DNA of 64,000 bases, from positions 1-64,000 of the forward strand of contig PDIP01000094.1 of NCBI GenBank assembly GCA_002811645.1, given 5' to 3'. Every line of letters starts with the position of its first letter. The first letter of the stretch is position 1. The position numbers and the translations under genes are program-made. The notes below the pieces were generated by a model. The model saw only the letters and a program-made list of their open reading frames with translations. It was not told where the DNA came from and ran no database searches. Below are positions 10,093 to 20,186 of this stretch, one piece after another. This DNA comes from Corallochytrium limacisporum Hawaii (Eukaryota > Protista > Pluriformea).

Positions 10093-12807
10093 TTAGGTAT
10101 TATCTTGCTTCATAGCCAGACGCCATCCGCGCAGTTCGTGGTTGTGCGCCATTTCCTGGGCTCTGAGTGCATCAATATCTGCAACCTGGAACTGCCCGAG
10201 TGTACGATCACGTAGTTGCTTGGCCGATTTCGGGCTGATCTTTGTACAGCCTTGGCCATTATCGAACTCCTCGTCAGTTGTGAAATCTGCAAAGACGTCC
10301 TCCTCACTGTCGTTACCGATCCAGCGTAGATTGAGTGGATCGTACACCATGTTGTTGACGACCTTGGCTGCATTCTTGGTGTTCAGGTTCTGAATGAGAA
10401 ACGGTCCGGTGGGTCGGTTAAACTTGACCATCTCCTCTTCGTTGCCTTCCCAACATTTGTCCGTCTCGTTCCAGACCATCTTGTCAGTCTTCTTGGGTAA
10501 CAAATGGCCCACACGATCCTGGGTGAGCAGCTGAGGCTTCTTCTTGGAGGGCACCTTGTGGCGAATGGCAATCATGGACTCACCTCTGGATTTGAGTGAT
10601 CCGCCACGGCCGCGACGGGACGGATGAACCGCAGAATCGGATTCACTTCCACTAGCAACGGTGTTCATCCATTGTGCCGGCGGTACAAGGAAGGGAGAGG
10701 GCTCGATCGCCTCCTCGTCACTATCCCACACTCCCGAGTCGTCGCTAATGAAAATGTCGTCCAGTTCGTGACCGTCGAAACGGGGTTGTTTGTTGTTGCG
10801 GGGCAGTCGAAGTGTGCCTTTGCCATGAAGATCAAAATCGTCCTCTTCACGGGAGATCTCCGTGGCCTGGGCCTCCCGTAGTTGCTGCAGTTCCTCCATG
10901 GCTTGGGCCTCCCGTAGTTGCTGCAGCTCCTGGGGCAAAACCGTGAGCAACTCAGTCAGAGACTTGGCTTTGCCGCTGCTATCGAGGGTATCACCGTGCG
11001 ATGAAGAAAAGGAGGGCACTTGCGCCACTGGGGGATCGTCAGCTTCGTCTTCAGTAGTGAAGCTGAGTTCGTGAGACTTGGCGAGGCGCCTGTTGAGCAC
11101 GGCACGGAGCATATTGGACTGGTCACCATCGGGGACCTCCACATCACTCCAATCTTCCTCACTCACATAGTGATGCACAGCTTCAGTGCGTTGGTGGGCA
11201 GTTCGCATGGCTTTGCGTAGAGCATTTGCACTCAGCTGCTGCTCGTGCACTGCTTCCACGCCAGCCACAACTTCAGCTGTTTTCGGAGTGATGGCAGATA
11301 TGTTGGCGTTGTTGATGTCGTCCTGTAATACTACCTCAACTTCGTCTCCAAAAGAGTCGGTCCGCCGAATTGTCCGGTAAGGCTTACGTTCTGGAGTGGA
11401 CATCAGGGTGTAGCCGCCAGTTTCCTGAACTTGTTCCTCCTGGTGCCGAGCCAGACTTTGGGGGCTATCGCTCACCTCAGGGGCTTCGGCCCACCTTGCG
11501 AGGATATCATCCAACGGACCGCGCTTCTTTTGCGGTGTTCTATGGATCCGCACGGGAGCCGTCTGTGCGGCAAAGTTGGGCACCTGGTTGTCATGCGTCT
11601 GTGCCGGAGGATAGAAGAACTCAGTTTCTGTCTCTCGCTCGCGATTCAGTGGCAGAGGAATATCATCAGGCTTCAAATAGGACCCACTGATACCGTCATC
11701 CTCACCTTCATGGTCACCATCATACATGTGTTCGTGATGGTCGTCTCCGATGGATCTCAGCTGAGGATTCATGGTGAGAACGCCGTTCTCAGGAAGTTCT
11801 ATGTCCATCCATTCCTTCTCGTCCTGCACTTCAACTTTTGCTTCTCCTGAGCCCAGCTTGAACACATTTGCGAGTGGATTGTATGCCTCATCATCGCTCT
11901 CCTGCCCGTTCCTGTGGGGCTTCAGGTGCGGCGGCAACTCAAGGCCATCGTCTGGAATTTCTAGGTCATCCCAATTGTCCACTAACTCGACAGTCGGCCT
12001 CTTGTCAAGACCTCGCTCAGCCATAAGATTATGCACCATAGGCTGCTGCTGTTTCTTGCGTGCACTCGTCTTGCGTGCACGACTGCTTGGTGCCCTTCTC
12101 GAGGACGGTTTCCGCGCCGAGGCCGGAGTGCCTACCGGTTGACGAGGTTTCCCTGGCAAACTGGATATCTTTGCCGGTTGCTGCCATGTCTCTGTTGTGT
12201 TACCCGCAGCATCTTCAGGCCTCCACGGTGTCTTAGTCCACGAGTGGTTGATGTTTGCTGCGGCCGGCGCGCATAAGTGCTCAAACATTTCGGTGGAATT
12301 GGAAACAACATCACTGCTATGGTGCGGCTGCGATACTGCGGGGGACTGTACCCACGACAGAGTTGGCAGCGCCGCCTTATCACTGAAAGACGTTTCCGTA
12401 GGCTTTGCTGCCCTGGCAGTGTTGTCAAAGACTGGCACTTTCGCTTGATCCCGTCTACGTCTCATTCTAGCACTACCGCCCTCCAAATCAAAGTGTGGGC
12501 TAGTGTGAGGAGTGTTGGCGTCACCGTTGTTGTACTTCTTATGCCTATAATGTGCCACGTAACCCACAGCTCCGGACACAGGAGCAGAGGCAATCAGGCC
12601 TCCAAAAGCCGAAATTAGTGTTGCATATGCCACAGGTACTCCAGCCGTGGCTGCTAGGTAGGGTAGCAGACCGAGGGCAATCACCATTATTGCTAAGAAC
12701 GCAAACCCGCCCCAGATGAGACCACTGACTAGGGCTGGATTTTGGTGGGCCCACTTGCCAGTACTCCGCTTTGCGCGATCCCAACGGATATCCGCTGTGG
12801 AATTCAT
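10093..12807 (-). CDS. Byr4/Bfa1-like two-component GAP scaffold (SIN/MEN) with N-terminal hydrophobic hairpin
   Basis: Two C-terminal imperfect repeats, KMVWNETDKCWEGNEEE and NMVYDPLNLRWIGNDSEEDVF, match the Byr4/Bfa1 pattern. Recurrent acidic W motifs (DNWDDLEIPD, EWMDIELPE, EEDWSDVEVPD) lie in a disordered body. Confidence 0.7.
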   Translation of the reverse strand: MNSTADIRWDRAKRSTGKWAHQNPALVSGLIWGGFAFLAIMVIALGLLPYLAATAGVPVAYATLISAFGGLIASAPVSGAVGYVAHYRHKKYNNGDANTPHTSPHFDLEGGSARMRRRRDQAKVPVFDNTARAAKPTETSFSDKAALPTLSWVQSPAVSQPHHSSDVVSNSTEMFEHLCAPAAANINHSWTKTPWRPEDAAGNTTETWQQPAKISSLPGKPRQPVGTPASARKPSSRRAPSSRARKTSARKKQQQPMVHNLMAERGLDKRPTVELVDNWDDLEIPDDGLELPPHLKPHRNGQESDDEAYNPLANVFKLGSGEAKVEVQDEKEWMDIELPENGVLTMNPQLRSIGDDHHEHMYDGDHEGEDDGISGSYLKPDDIPLPLNRERETETEFFYPPAQTHDNQVPNFAAQTAPVRIHRTPQKKRGPLDDILARWAEAPEVSDSPQSLARHQEEQVQETGGYTLMSTPERKPYRTIRRTDSFGDEVEVVLQDDINNANISAITPKTAEVVAGVEAVHEQQLSANALRKAMRTAHQRTEAVHHYVSEEDWSDVEVPDGDQSNMLRAVLNRRLAKSHELSFTTEDEADDPPVAQVPSFSSSHGDTLDSSGKAKSLTELLTVLPQELQQLREAQAMEELQQLREAQATEISREEDDFDLHGKGTLRLPRNNKQPRFDGHELDDIFISDDSGVWDSDEEAIEPSPFLVPPAQWMNTVASGSESDSAVHPSRRGRGGSLKSRGESMIAIRHKVPSKKKPQLLTQDRVGHLLPKKTDKMVWNETDKCWEGNEEEMVKFNRPTGPFLIQNLNTKNAAKVVNNMVYDPLNLRWIGNDSEEDVFADFTTDEEFDNGQGCTKISPKSAKQLRDRTLGQFQVADIDALRAQEMAHNHELRGWRLAMKQDNT
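10863..10931. repeat. 36-bp in-frame tandem duplication within the Byr4-like CDS (ELQQLREAQA x2)
   Basis: tggcctgggcctcccgtagttgctgcagttcct and tggcttgggcctcccgtagttgctgcagctcct, period 36 nt. Confidence 0.9.
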
Positions 12808-14061
12808 TGTGGATAGCTATGATAGATTTCGTTCTATCTGGTTCCAAATCGTAGATTACATGGCGCGCTATGTTCAAAACCCGTCGTGCACAGGGTCTTC
12901 CTTGATGACATGTACCAAACAAAAATGCATTTCCTTTGTGAACCGTTATCGGCCCCACAACTTTAGCAAACCAACCCTTTGTCCTTCTATTAGTCCATAT
13001 GTTTTTATGCAAGATACCCCCTTTGATCTACGTTGCCTACCATGTGCAACACAGAGGCCAAAGTTAAATGCTGCTGACCGACCGCGTACGGACTCTAGGT
13101 CTTTTCGCCTTGAGACTCGGTGGTCTCTCTTTGGGCGCGCAAATTTTTCCCTCCGCTCTCCTGTGTTATTTTTCTCCCGTTGAAACGCAAAAATGCCCTA
13201 GAAATTGCATAATGAGAAAAGCCCAAAACTGATTGGCCCTTTTGGTTTGTGACGCTTGATAGCGGGAAAGGTTCGTCTCCTGTCCTCCGCTCCCTTCCCC
13301 CCTTCCCAACCTCCTCTTTCTGCCCTTTTCCCCTAAAACCTTGGTGTCCGTCTCCCACCACCCTTGGCTCTGTTCTCCTCTGGTATTGCTGTAGGCGTGT
13401 GCGTGTTCTGGTAAATTATCTTGTTAGACCTTGGTGTACAACCGCGACGCGCACAGTCTCTCCTGCCTCCCAGCCGGTTCGCACAGTTCCCCAATTCCAC
13501 AACCCCTAGCTCCCCACCGTCTGTCTCTCTTTTTCCTTCGTTTCCTTCCGTCTCCCCTCCGTGTTTGCCCGGGAAACCAGTGATTCACAGAATATTTCTA
13601 ATCAGGGGTCTATTTTTCCGACCCACAAGGGGCCAGCTACCCGCAAGCACCCCACGGTGCGCGGTGTACCACTGATAAGGAACTGACTGGGCCCCACTCT
13701 TGCTCGGCCCAGCTGCAGCAGCTGCGTGTTACAGGCCTTTAATTGGGATCGGGGCTGTTATTCTTGGCTGGGGGCGAACTGTCCGCCAGTCACTCCGTGT
13801 TCCTCCAGATGATATGGTTTGCTATCGTTGTTTTTAACGCGGTTATGCTTTAATTGCCTGTGACTCTTATTGTTTTCTTCTGGGGTGCTTTGGCATACTG
13901 TTATGTCTTGCTGTAAAGGTATTCAGAAACTGTAGGTCATGAGATTATCGCACTATTCATACAGGCCAAGAAACTAAACTGTTGGAACACACATGATCGG
14001 CTATGTCACATGATTCCTGGACATGACCTAAAGAAGACACAATCGATAGACGGACGTGGAG

Positions 14062-15558
14062 ATGAATATATTGCGGCTCACCCGCTTTGTGAGACCGCAG
14101 CAGGCCGCTGCCGCTGGACGGCAGTGTGTGAGGGCACAGACTGTTCAGATTGTGCAGCGTAAATTTGCATCCGAAAATGGGCCAAATATGACCAAGGGAC
14201 TGGTCAACAGACTGGGGGCTTCAAGCCTGCACAAACCAAAGAAACTGACGAATCTTGAGCCACGAGCACCAAAACTGCAGCAGCCAGTGGTGGCTACACT
14301 AGCTGCGCAGCAAAGAGCAAAAGAGGAACGCTTGGCGAAGGCAAGGATCATGGAAGACGTGACCACTGCAGACGAGAACGAGCGGATTCTGCCATATTTC
14401 AGTCCTCGACCAATCAGTCCAACCATTGCCCAGGGATGTCTTGCCTTCTGCAGTGCGCAGAGTTATGATCTCGTCAGAATGGCCCGCACCTTGGCCCAAG
14501 AGGGTAACAGTAAGTACGTGAGTGAGGGTATTTTCACTGGAGCTGACGGTAAACCAGACGTTCTGCATGTTACTCTGCGTGATCGGGACCTGGGACCACA
14601 TGACGGGCATCTCAGCTTTGACGGGCAGCAGGAACCAGCTCATTTCTTCCTTTTCCGTCAGGGAATTGCCGTGTTCTGGGGTCTTACGCGGGGCGAGATC
14701 CGGACCGTCCGTCATTTGCTGAACGGCTGTGAGGTGGGTCGCCATCCGGAATCTATTATTGACTATGAAAATGTGGACTTTGTGTATGATGTACCAAATT
14801 CGTTAACCGAGGAACTAGAGAGCATATGGAGGAATGAAAATGGCGGCGATTCCGGGCATGAAGGGCTGGAAGGCTTCGCCGAGAATCCTCTGCCCGCACG
14901 CGGCTGCGGACCCATGACTGACGATGCTCTAGATATACTGCGACAGCGCAAAGCAAACCAGGAGTTCGTAAAGGACAACGGGAACGACGATCCACTAGCA
15001 GGCAGCATTGCACGTCTTGACGGAGGTGTAGTCCACTTGGATGCCACCCTGGCGCCTCCCTACGCTATCCTTCAAAAATTTGCTTTCAGCAACGGGCTGG
15101 CCCTCAGTGTTGCGCTCAGTATATGGGAGCACCGCGTGGACACTCTCCTGGACGAAATGAAAGCTATTCCTGCACAAATGATCAAGGGCAGCAAACTGCC
15201 TTCCCGGACAACGGCGCTGAAGCGGGTCGGTGAGATTCTTTATCTGCGCCAACAGATCCAAGGCATTGAAGAGAACTTGACGCCTACTGATTTTTATTGG
15301 GACCGCCCCGAGCTTGAGACTCTTTTTGCAGAGATGCTTGAAGAGTTAGATTTTGAGGACCGGGTTTCACTGGTAGAATCAAAGCTTTCGACCTCCATGG
15401 ACCTCGCAGAAGTGTTGCGTAGCCATCTGCACAACGTTCACAGCAGTCATCTGGAAATTGCTATTATTGTTCTCATCTGCGCAGAAGTTGGCTTCGAGAT
15501 TGTGCACTATATTGAGAAGTACTACGGCAAGGAAACCGATGATAGTGCAGCAGAGTAA
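14062..15558 (+). CDS. RMND1/Rmd1/Sif2 (DUF155) family protein, likely mitochondrial
   Basis: AFCSAQSYDL, FFLFRQGIAVFWG, KFAFSNGLALSVALSIWE, PTDFYWDRPELE, then HLEIAIIVLICAEV as the C-terminal TM. Arg-rich, acid-free N-terminus resembles a presequence. First ATG is 14062 (the track ORF starts at GTG 14056). Confidence 0.88.
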   Translation: MNILRLTRFVRPQQAAAAGRQCVRAQTVQIVQRKFASENGPNMTKGLVNRLGASSLHKPKKLTNLEPRAPKLQQPVVATLAAQQRAKEERLAKARIMEDVTTADENERILPYFSPRPISPTIAQGCLAFCSAQSYDLVRMARTLAQEGNSKYVSEGIFTGADGKPDVLHVTLRDRDLGPHDGHLSFDGQQEPAHFFLFRQGIAVFWGLTRGEIRTVRHLLNGCEVGRHPESIIDYENVDFVYDVPNSLTEELESIWRNENGGDSGHEGLEGFAENPLPARGCGPMTDDALDILRQRKANQEFVKDNGNDDPLAGSIARLDGGVVHLDATLAPPYAILQKFAFSNGLALSVALSIWEHRVDTLLDEMKAIPAQMIKGSKLPSRTTALKRVGEILYLRQQIQGIEENLTPTDFYWDRPELETLFAEMLEELDFEDRVSLVESKLSTSMDLAEVLRSHLHNVHSSHLEIAIIVLICAEVGFEIVHYIEKYYGKETDDSAAE

Positions 15559-15643
15559 ATCTTGGGAGAAGCGAAAGATTTGATCGATTTTGTACAATAC
15601 AAAACACTTGTACACGTAATGTGAATATGTCTGCCCATAAGTT

Positions 15644-16828
15644 TTACTTTTTTGTATACACTGCGATGTAATACGGGACGACCTTCTCACGCCACGCCCT
15701 CTTCATGCTCTCAACGAGAGCTCTGACATCCTCGCTCTCATCGTCCTCAAAGACCTTGGCACCAGTGGGATCCTCAAAGAATTCTTCGGCAGCATCCTTT
15801 ATCATCACGATGGAGCTCTGCTCAAGTCCGATGCTCTTGAAGAATTTGTCAACATCACGCAAACTGTCGAGCTGCCACGTCGGTGCCGTGTTTTCAGTCG
15901 AAGCCGCTGCCGACCTGTCACCGAACTCACGGCCCTTTGTCGCAAAGTCCATGATAATTTTGCTGCCGGGACCGATCGCCTTGGTAAGTCCTCTGATCAG
16001 TTGCAACCAGTCGTCTTTCTGTGTTGAGCCGCATGTGCTCTCCAGAATAACGAGCGTCTTCCTTCGTTCTTCAAACTCATTGCATGCCCGTATCGCGCCA
16101 AGCACCGGCTCCGCATACGGTGTTCTCTGCAGCTGGGCATCTTTGCATGGAATATCGATGATCTTGCGCTGCGACGGGTCTTTTACAATAAAACCATGGT
16201 ACGCAAGACAGTTGGCCCGGTGCTCCAACACAGCAGGCTTATCCAGCTGAAAGATCTTTGTGTTCCGCAAAGTATACTTGGGTTCACTGCGGGTTTTGGT
16301 CGGTTCAACCAGCCGAGTCACGATGGTGCTGTACTGCACTGGTACAGATATAACCTGTTCGTACGGTACCTTACCCGACAGCTCCTCGTCGACAAGTTGT
16401 GCAAACATGGCACAACGAGTGTTCATCACCACATACGCTCCCTCCATCTGATTTGCCAAACCCCGAAGGAGCTGCTGCCGCACGGGGCGAATACTCAAGA
16501 ACATCCGGTACTGCCATTTCACGAAAGCGTTTGCATATGGGTCCTTGGCTTGGCAGCCCATGTTGGTGTCATACTGGGATGCAAGGAAGCGGATCATTGC
16601 CGTGCTGGATTCAACACTGTCTTGACGATCCTCCTTTTTGTTTAGGAAGTACAGGACAGAAATACCCAAGAGACTCAGTATGATCGCGTCAAACATAGGA
16701 TAGTCCATGAGATATCCCACTGGAAGCACAATAAGGAGCACCACCATGATAGGGAGCATGGCCTCACCTGGTAGCCCGATCACGCCCAAAATCCGGTCTG
16801 AAATGGAACTGTTTTCTTCCTCTGTCAT
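15644..16828 (-). CDS. Membrane-anchored LCM-family SAM-dependent methyltransferase-like protein with degenerate SAM motif
   Basis: Two N-terminal TM segments. Motif order SSTAM..KDPYANAFV..NTRCAMF..QVISVPVQYSTIVTRL..IFQLDKPAVLEHR..KTLVILES..GSKIIMDF parallels the LCM/ML2640-type fold. First ATG is 16828 (the track ORF starts at TTG 16912). Confidence 0.65.
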   Translation of the reverse strand: MTEEENSSISDRILGVIGLPGEAMLPIMVVLLIVLPVGYLMDYPMFDAIILSLLGISVLYFLNKKEDRQDSVESSTAMIRFLASQYDTNMGCQAKDPYANAFVKWQYRMFLSIRPVRQQLLRGLANQMEGAYVVMNTRCAMFAQLVDEELSGKVPYEQVISVPVQYSTIVTRLVEPTKTRSEPKYTLRNTKIFQLDKPAVLEHRANCLAYHGFIVKDPSQRKIIDIPCKDAQLQRTPYAEPVLGAIRACNEFEERRKTLVILESTCGSTQKDDWLQLIRGLTKAIGPGSKIIMDFATKGREFGDRSAAASTENTAPTWQLDSLRDVDKFFKSIGLEQSSIVMIKDAAEEFFEDPTGAKVFEDDESEDVRALVESMKRAWREKVVPYYIAVYTKK

Positions 16829-19800
16829 CTTGCTTGTTTTCTGTTTCCCTTGCCGTAATTCCCACTGCTGCAGTTTCTGTTGATCACAAACTGATCCTGC
16901 TTCTTTCTTCAATACCCTTGATATGCTAAATGCTTCGGGTAAAAATTACAAAAACAATGACCACAAGAAGAAGACACAGAAGAGTAACACGTATGGCGAA
17001 GCAAACGGGACTCTTTAAATCTTGCGGGCTCGGTTCTTCGTTTCTGCGTAGTGAGCTATTATGCTCCACTGCGCACACGGGGTTTGCGTCTGGACCCGGC
17101 ACCGAGGGGACACAAACAGGGTCTCCTCCTGCGCCGTCGAATACCCCAACCCCGTTAGTAGGTGGTGACCAGAACGGCACCCCCAAACTTGCTCTTCTGC
17201 TTTACAATTCATTTAATGACATATTAGGTCTTTCAGTTATGTTACAGGAAAACGGCTTTGGTCAGGGCTGTGCATTGATGGGCATACCCCGGAAGGCTCA
17301 CCCATACGTGGAAAGCAAAATAACAACATCAATATCACGGTGTTCAAAGGATCGTTGATGATATTGGTTGCCAACACCTAAGGTGTACCAGAGTGGTGTG
17401 TTTTCAGTGATCATTTGCTGACCCGCCTTGATGTGGAGTTTTGACACATGATCCATGAACCCAAATTTCTTCACAACCAACGACATCTAAATCGAGTACT
17501 CGAATACGAAGATGATTGAAACCGCGACCATGATGCTAGCGGGACAAAAAGTCAGGCACCGTGCTTCACGACGGCGACGAATTGCTGGTTGTCAGAACTA
17601 CTTCGCGCTTGATGGCACTGGGTGCCAGACCCGTTTATGGCGTGGCGGTCGCACATTGCCGCGGTGCTTCGCTCAAAATGTCGGTCGCCCACGAGTACGC
17701 CCCCATTCGACCACCTTCTGAATGAAATCCGCATATTGCAGTACGAGCGCCTGTCGGCCACCCGATTTCATAGACCGCACCGGATTCCTCCCCCGTGTCC
17801 AGTGTACACGCCCCCTCCCGGGGGTTCTCACACTCCCGCCCCTTGCTGACCAACCGACCGACATGGCCGAGTTTCCCGCGACCGACATTCCTTTTATCTC
17901 GCAAACAGGCCCGTTCGTCACCTGCCGCACAACACGCACAACAGTTAAGTTCCCAAAAAGGAAGGAAATCGAGGGTCTCGTACTACGTCTACCGCAAAGA
18001 AAACAATTTTGCGGATTTTGGAAGTCCTGTGGTCCAAAGGGACGCAGAAGTACGGGTAACATCGAACACAGCAACAATATAGCATACACATCTGTTGGCT
18101 CCATATTATTCTTCACTGGTATTTTAGCGATGAGAAGTATTGACGATTCCATTTGCATGCTTATGGATGCGTCTCAGAACAAACAATGGAAGATACTAGA
18201 TCTGCTAAATGATGTGGTTCACACATGAACGGAACCCAAGCGTTCCGAGAAGTGTCGTTTCAAAGTGTATCTAATATTTGCAACCCTGTTGTCGTCCAGG
18301 GTTTCTACCTGCTGCGGGTCAGCACGGTGATTGCCATTTTTATGATGAAAAGATATCGGAACACCGGCGTGGGGGCAAATGGACTTGCAAACCTTATGCA
18401 TGTGCGGAAACCTCGTATGCGCTGTTGACCGTCATCAAATGATGACCACCCTTGTGTGCGCCCTGAATTCCGTGTTGCTTTCGTTTACGTCCAACTATCT
18501 TGAAGCTGCCTTATCATATCATAGTCTGGGGTTGACATCCTCTGCAGATTTCCAAAGCCCTGTGGGCCGCATATGACTATCTCGATTGCTGCAGACCCCG
18601 CCTGGTGACAACAGGTACGGCAAAGACTCTGAAATTGGAGATTTGCCGGACAGCAAAAATTTGTCCATGTGTGTGCAAACGCAGTGTCGTAGTCATATCC
18701 TATTTCTTAGTCCATGTGGATCGCCACTTGTGTGATAATGTGAGGTTCGGTAATTATACAAGTTGGCAGTGGTGGGTGGTGGTGGTGGATGGATTAGTTC
18801 GTGATGTGGCACGGTGCGACAATCGGATGATTGTATGTCGTATACTTTGACTTGTACAGTCCAGCTGTGTTTCTATAGTGTCTTATGGGCACTGGTTCCA
18901 GTTTCGGGGAGTATAAGCACGGTACTGCTCTCACCATGTCATCCCCATAGGCGACTTTTGCAGAAATTGACGACAATCTTGTACGAATCGCAGTGCACTG
19001 GACTGGACTCTATCTGGTCTTGTCGTTCCCCTAGTTCTCGTGCTCTCTCTGTATGCTAAATGGTCCCCGAAGGGCTCGTGTCGTTCATGCGGAAAACCTG
19101 AAACACACCTAAATGAAAACATCAAGCAGTCATTCAACTGGACATCGTTGACAAAGGCAATGAAAAACAAGAAAAGCGGAAGTGTGTGCGAACCATGTGC
19201 TCCCTTTCATGATTGACGTCTTTAACCGCGCGAGGGAACCGAGGAAATGGTCAATTAGTTCATCAAAGCATACAGAGCCGACCAAACACTTCAAATCACA
19301 CTAAAACACTGAAGCATGAACTCGTCGCATCTCGGGCTAATCACATCCCCCATCAGCGAATGCTAATGAAAGCCGTTTCCCATGTTCGCTACCACCGAAG
19401 CAAAATTGTACCAGCCCCAAACTGGACATCCCGCACCCTTCACCACCACCACCGGAGAGACTCCGGATCTCCTGCGGAGCTGAGTAAGCACTTGTCTTGC
19501 GCATCTGTGCCGGACGAAAAGGTGTGCACCTTGCAAATGTCAGGTTAGTCACGATAGCGAAAACCGACTACAATCATCCTACATGCCCACCCATGCATGG
19601 CATCCGTCTCAAGGATATCAGAAAGGGGAGAGCCCGGTTGCCATTTCGGAGTGATTTTTTTGCAGCTTCGGACACAGCCTGGATATTTCGGAACAACTCC
19701 TCGAAAAAAACAATCCACAGTTTCTCACGTTGAGCTCTTTGTATAGAATATCAACGGTGGAGCAATTTTACTGGACATCCACGGCGTGCACCTGAGCGCT

Positions 19801-20130
19801 CGCTCTCATCCATGGATGGCCGGCAGGCACAAGAACGTATGCTAGTGAACATAAGCGTGCATGCTAAACAAGATCGCGGACATGAAACCGGTAGCACAGA
19901 ACCCAAGGCTCAAGTGCTGCCGATTCGCTCACCAACCCCGAAAAGAGCATGGAAAAATCCCCCTATATTCGTCCACCCCCCCTCTTTTGAAAAATCCCAC
20001 CTCCCAATTTTTTCCACTGAAATACAAATATCCCCCCCCCTTTTTCCTCCTCCTCCTCCCCTTCTTCTTCTTCCTTCCCCACCAACCAACTCCACCAGTG
20101 CGACCAACACCCGGGTAAAAAAGAAGAAAG

Positions 20131-20186
20131 GAGAGAGAGACACACACACAGAGAGAGAGAGACACACACACAGAGAGAGAGAGACA
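20131..20186. repeat. Compound microsatellite of alternating (GA)5-6 and (CA)5 blocks
   Basis: Read directly: (GA)5(CA)5(GA)6(CA)5(GA)6. Confidence 0.95.
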
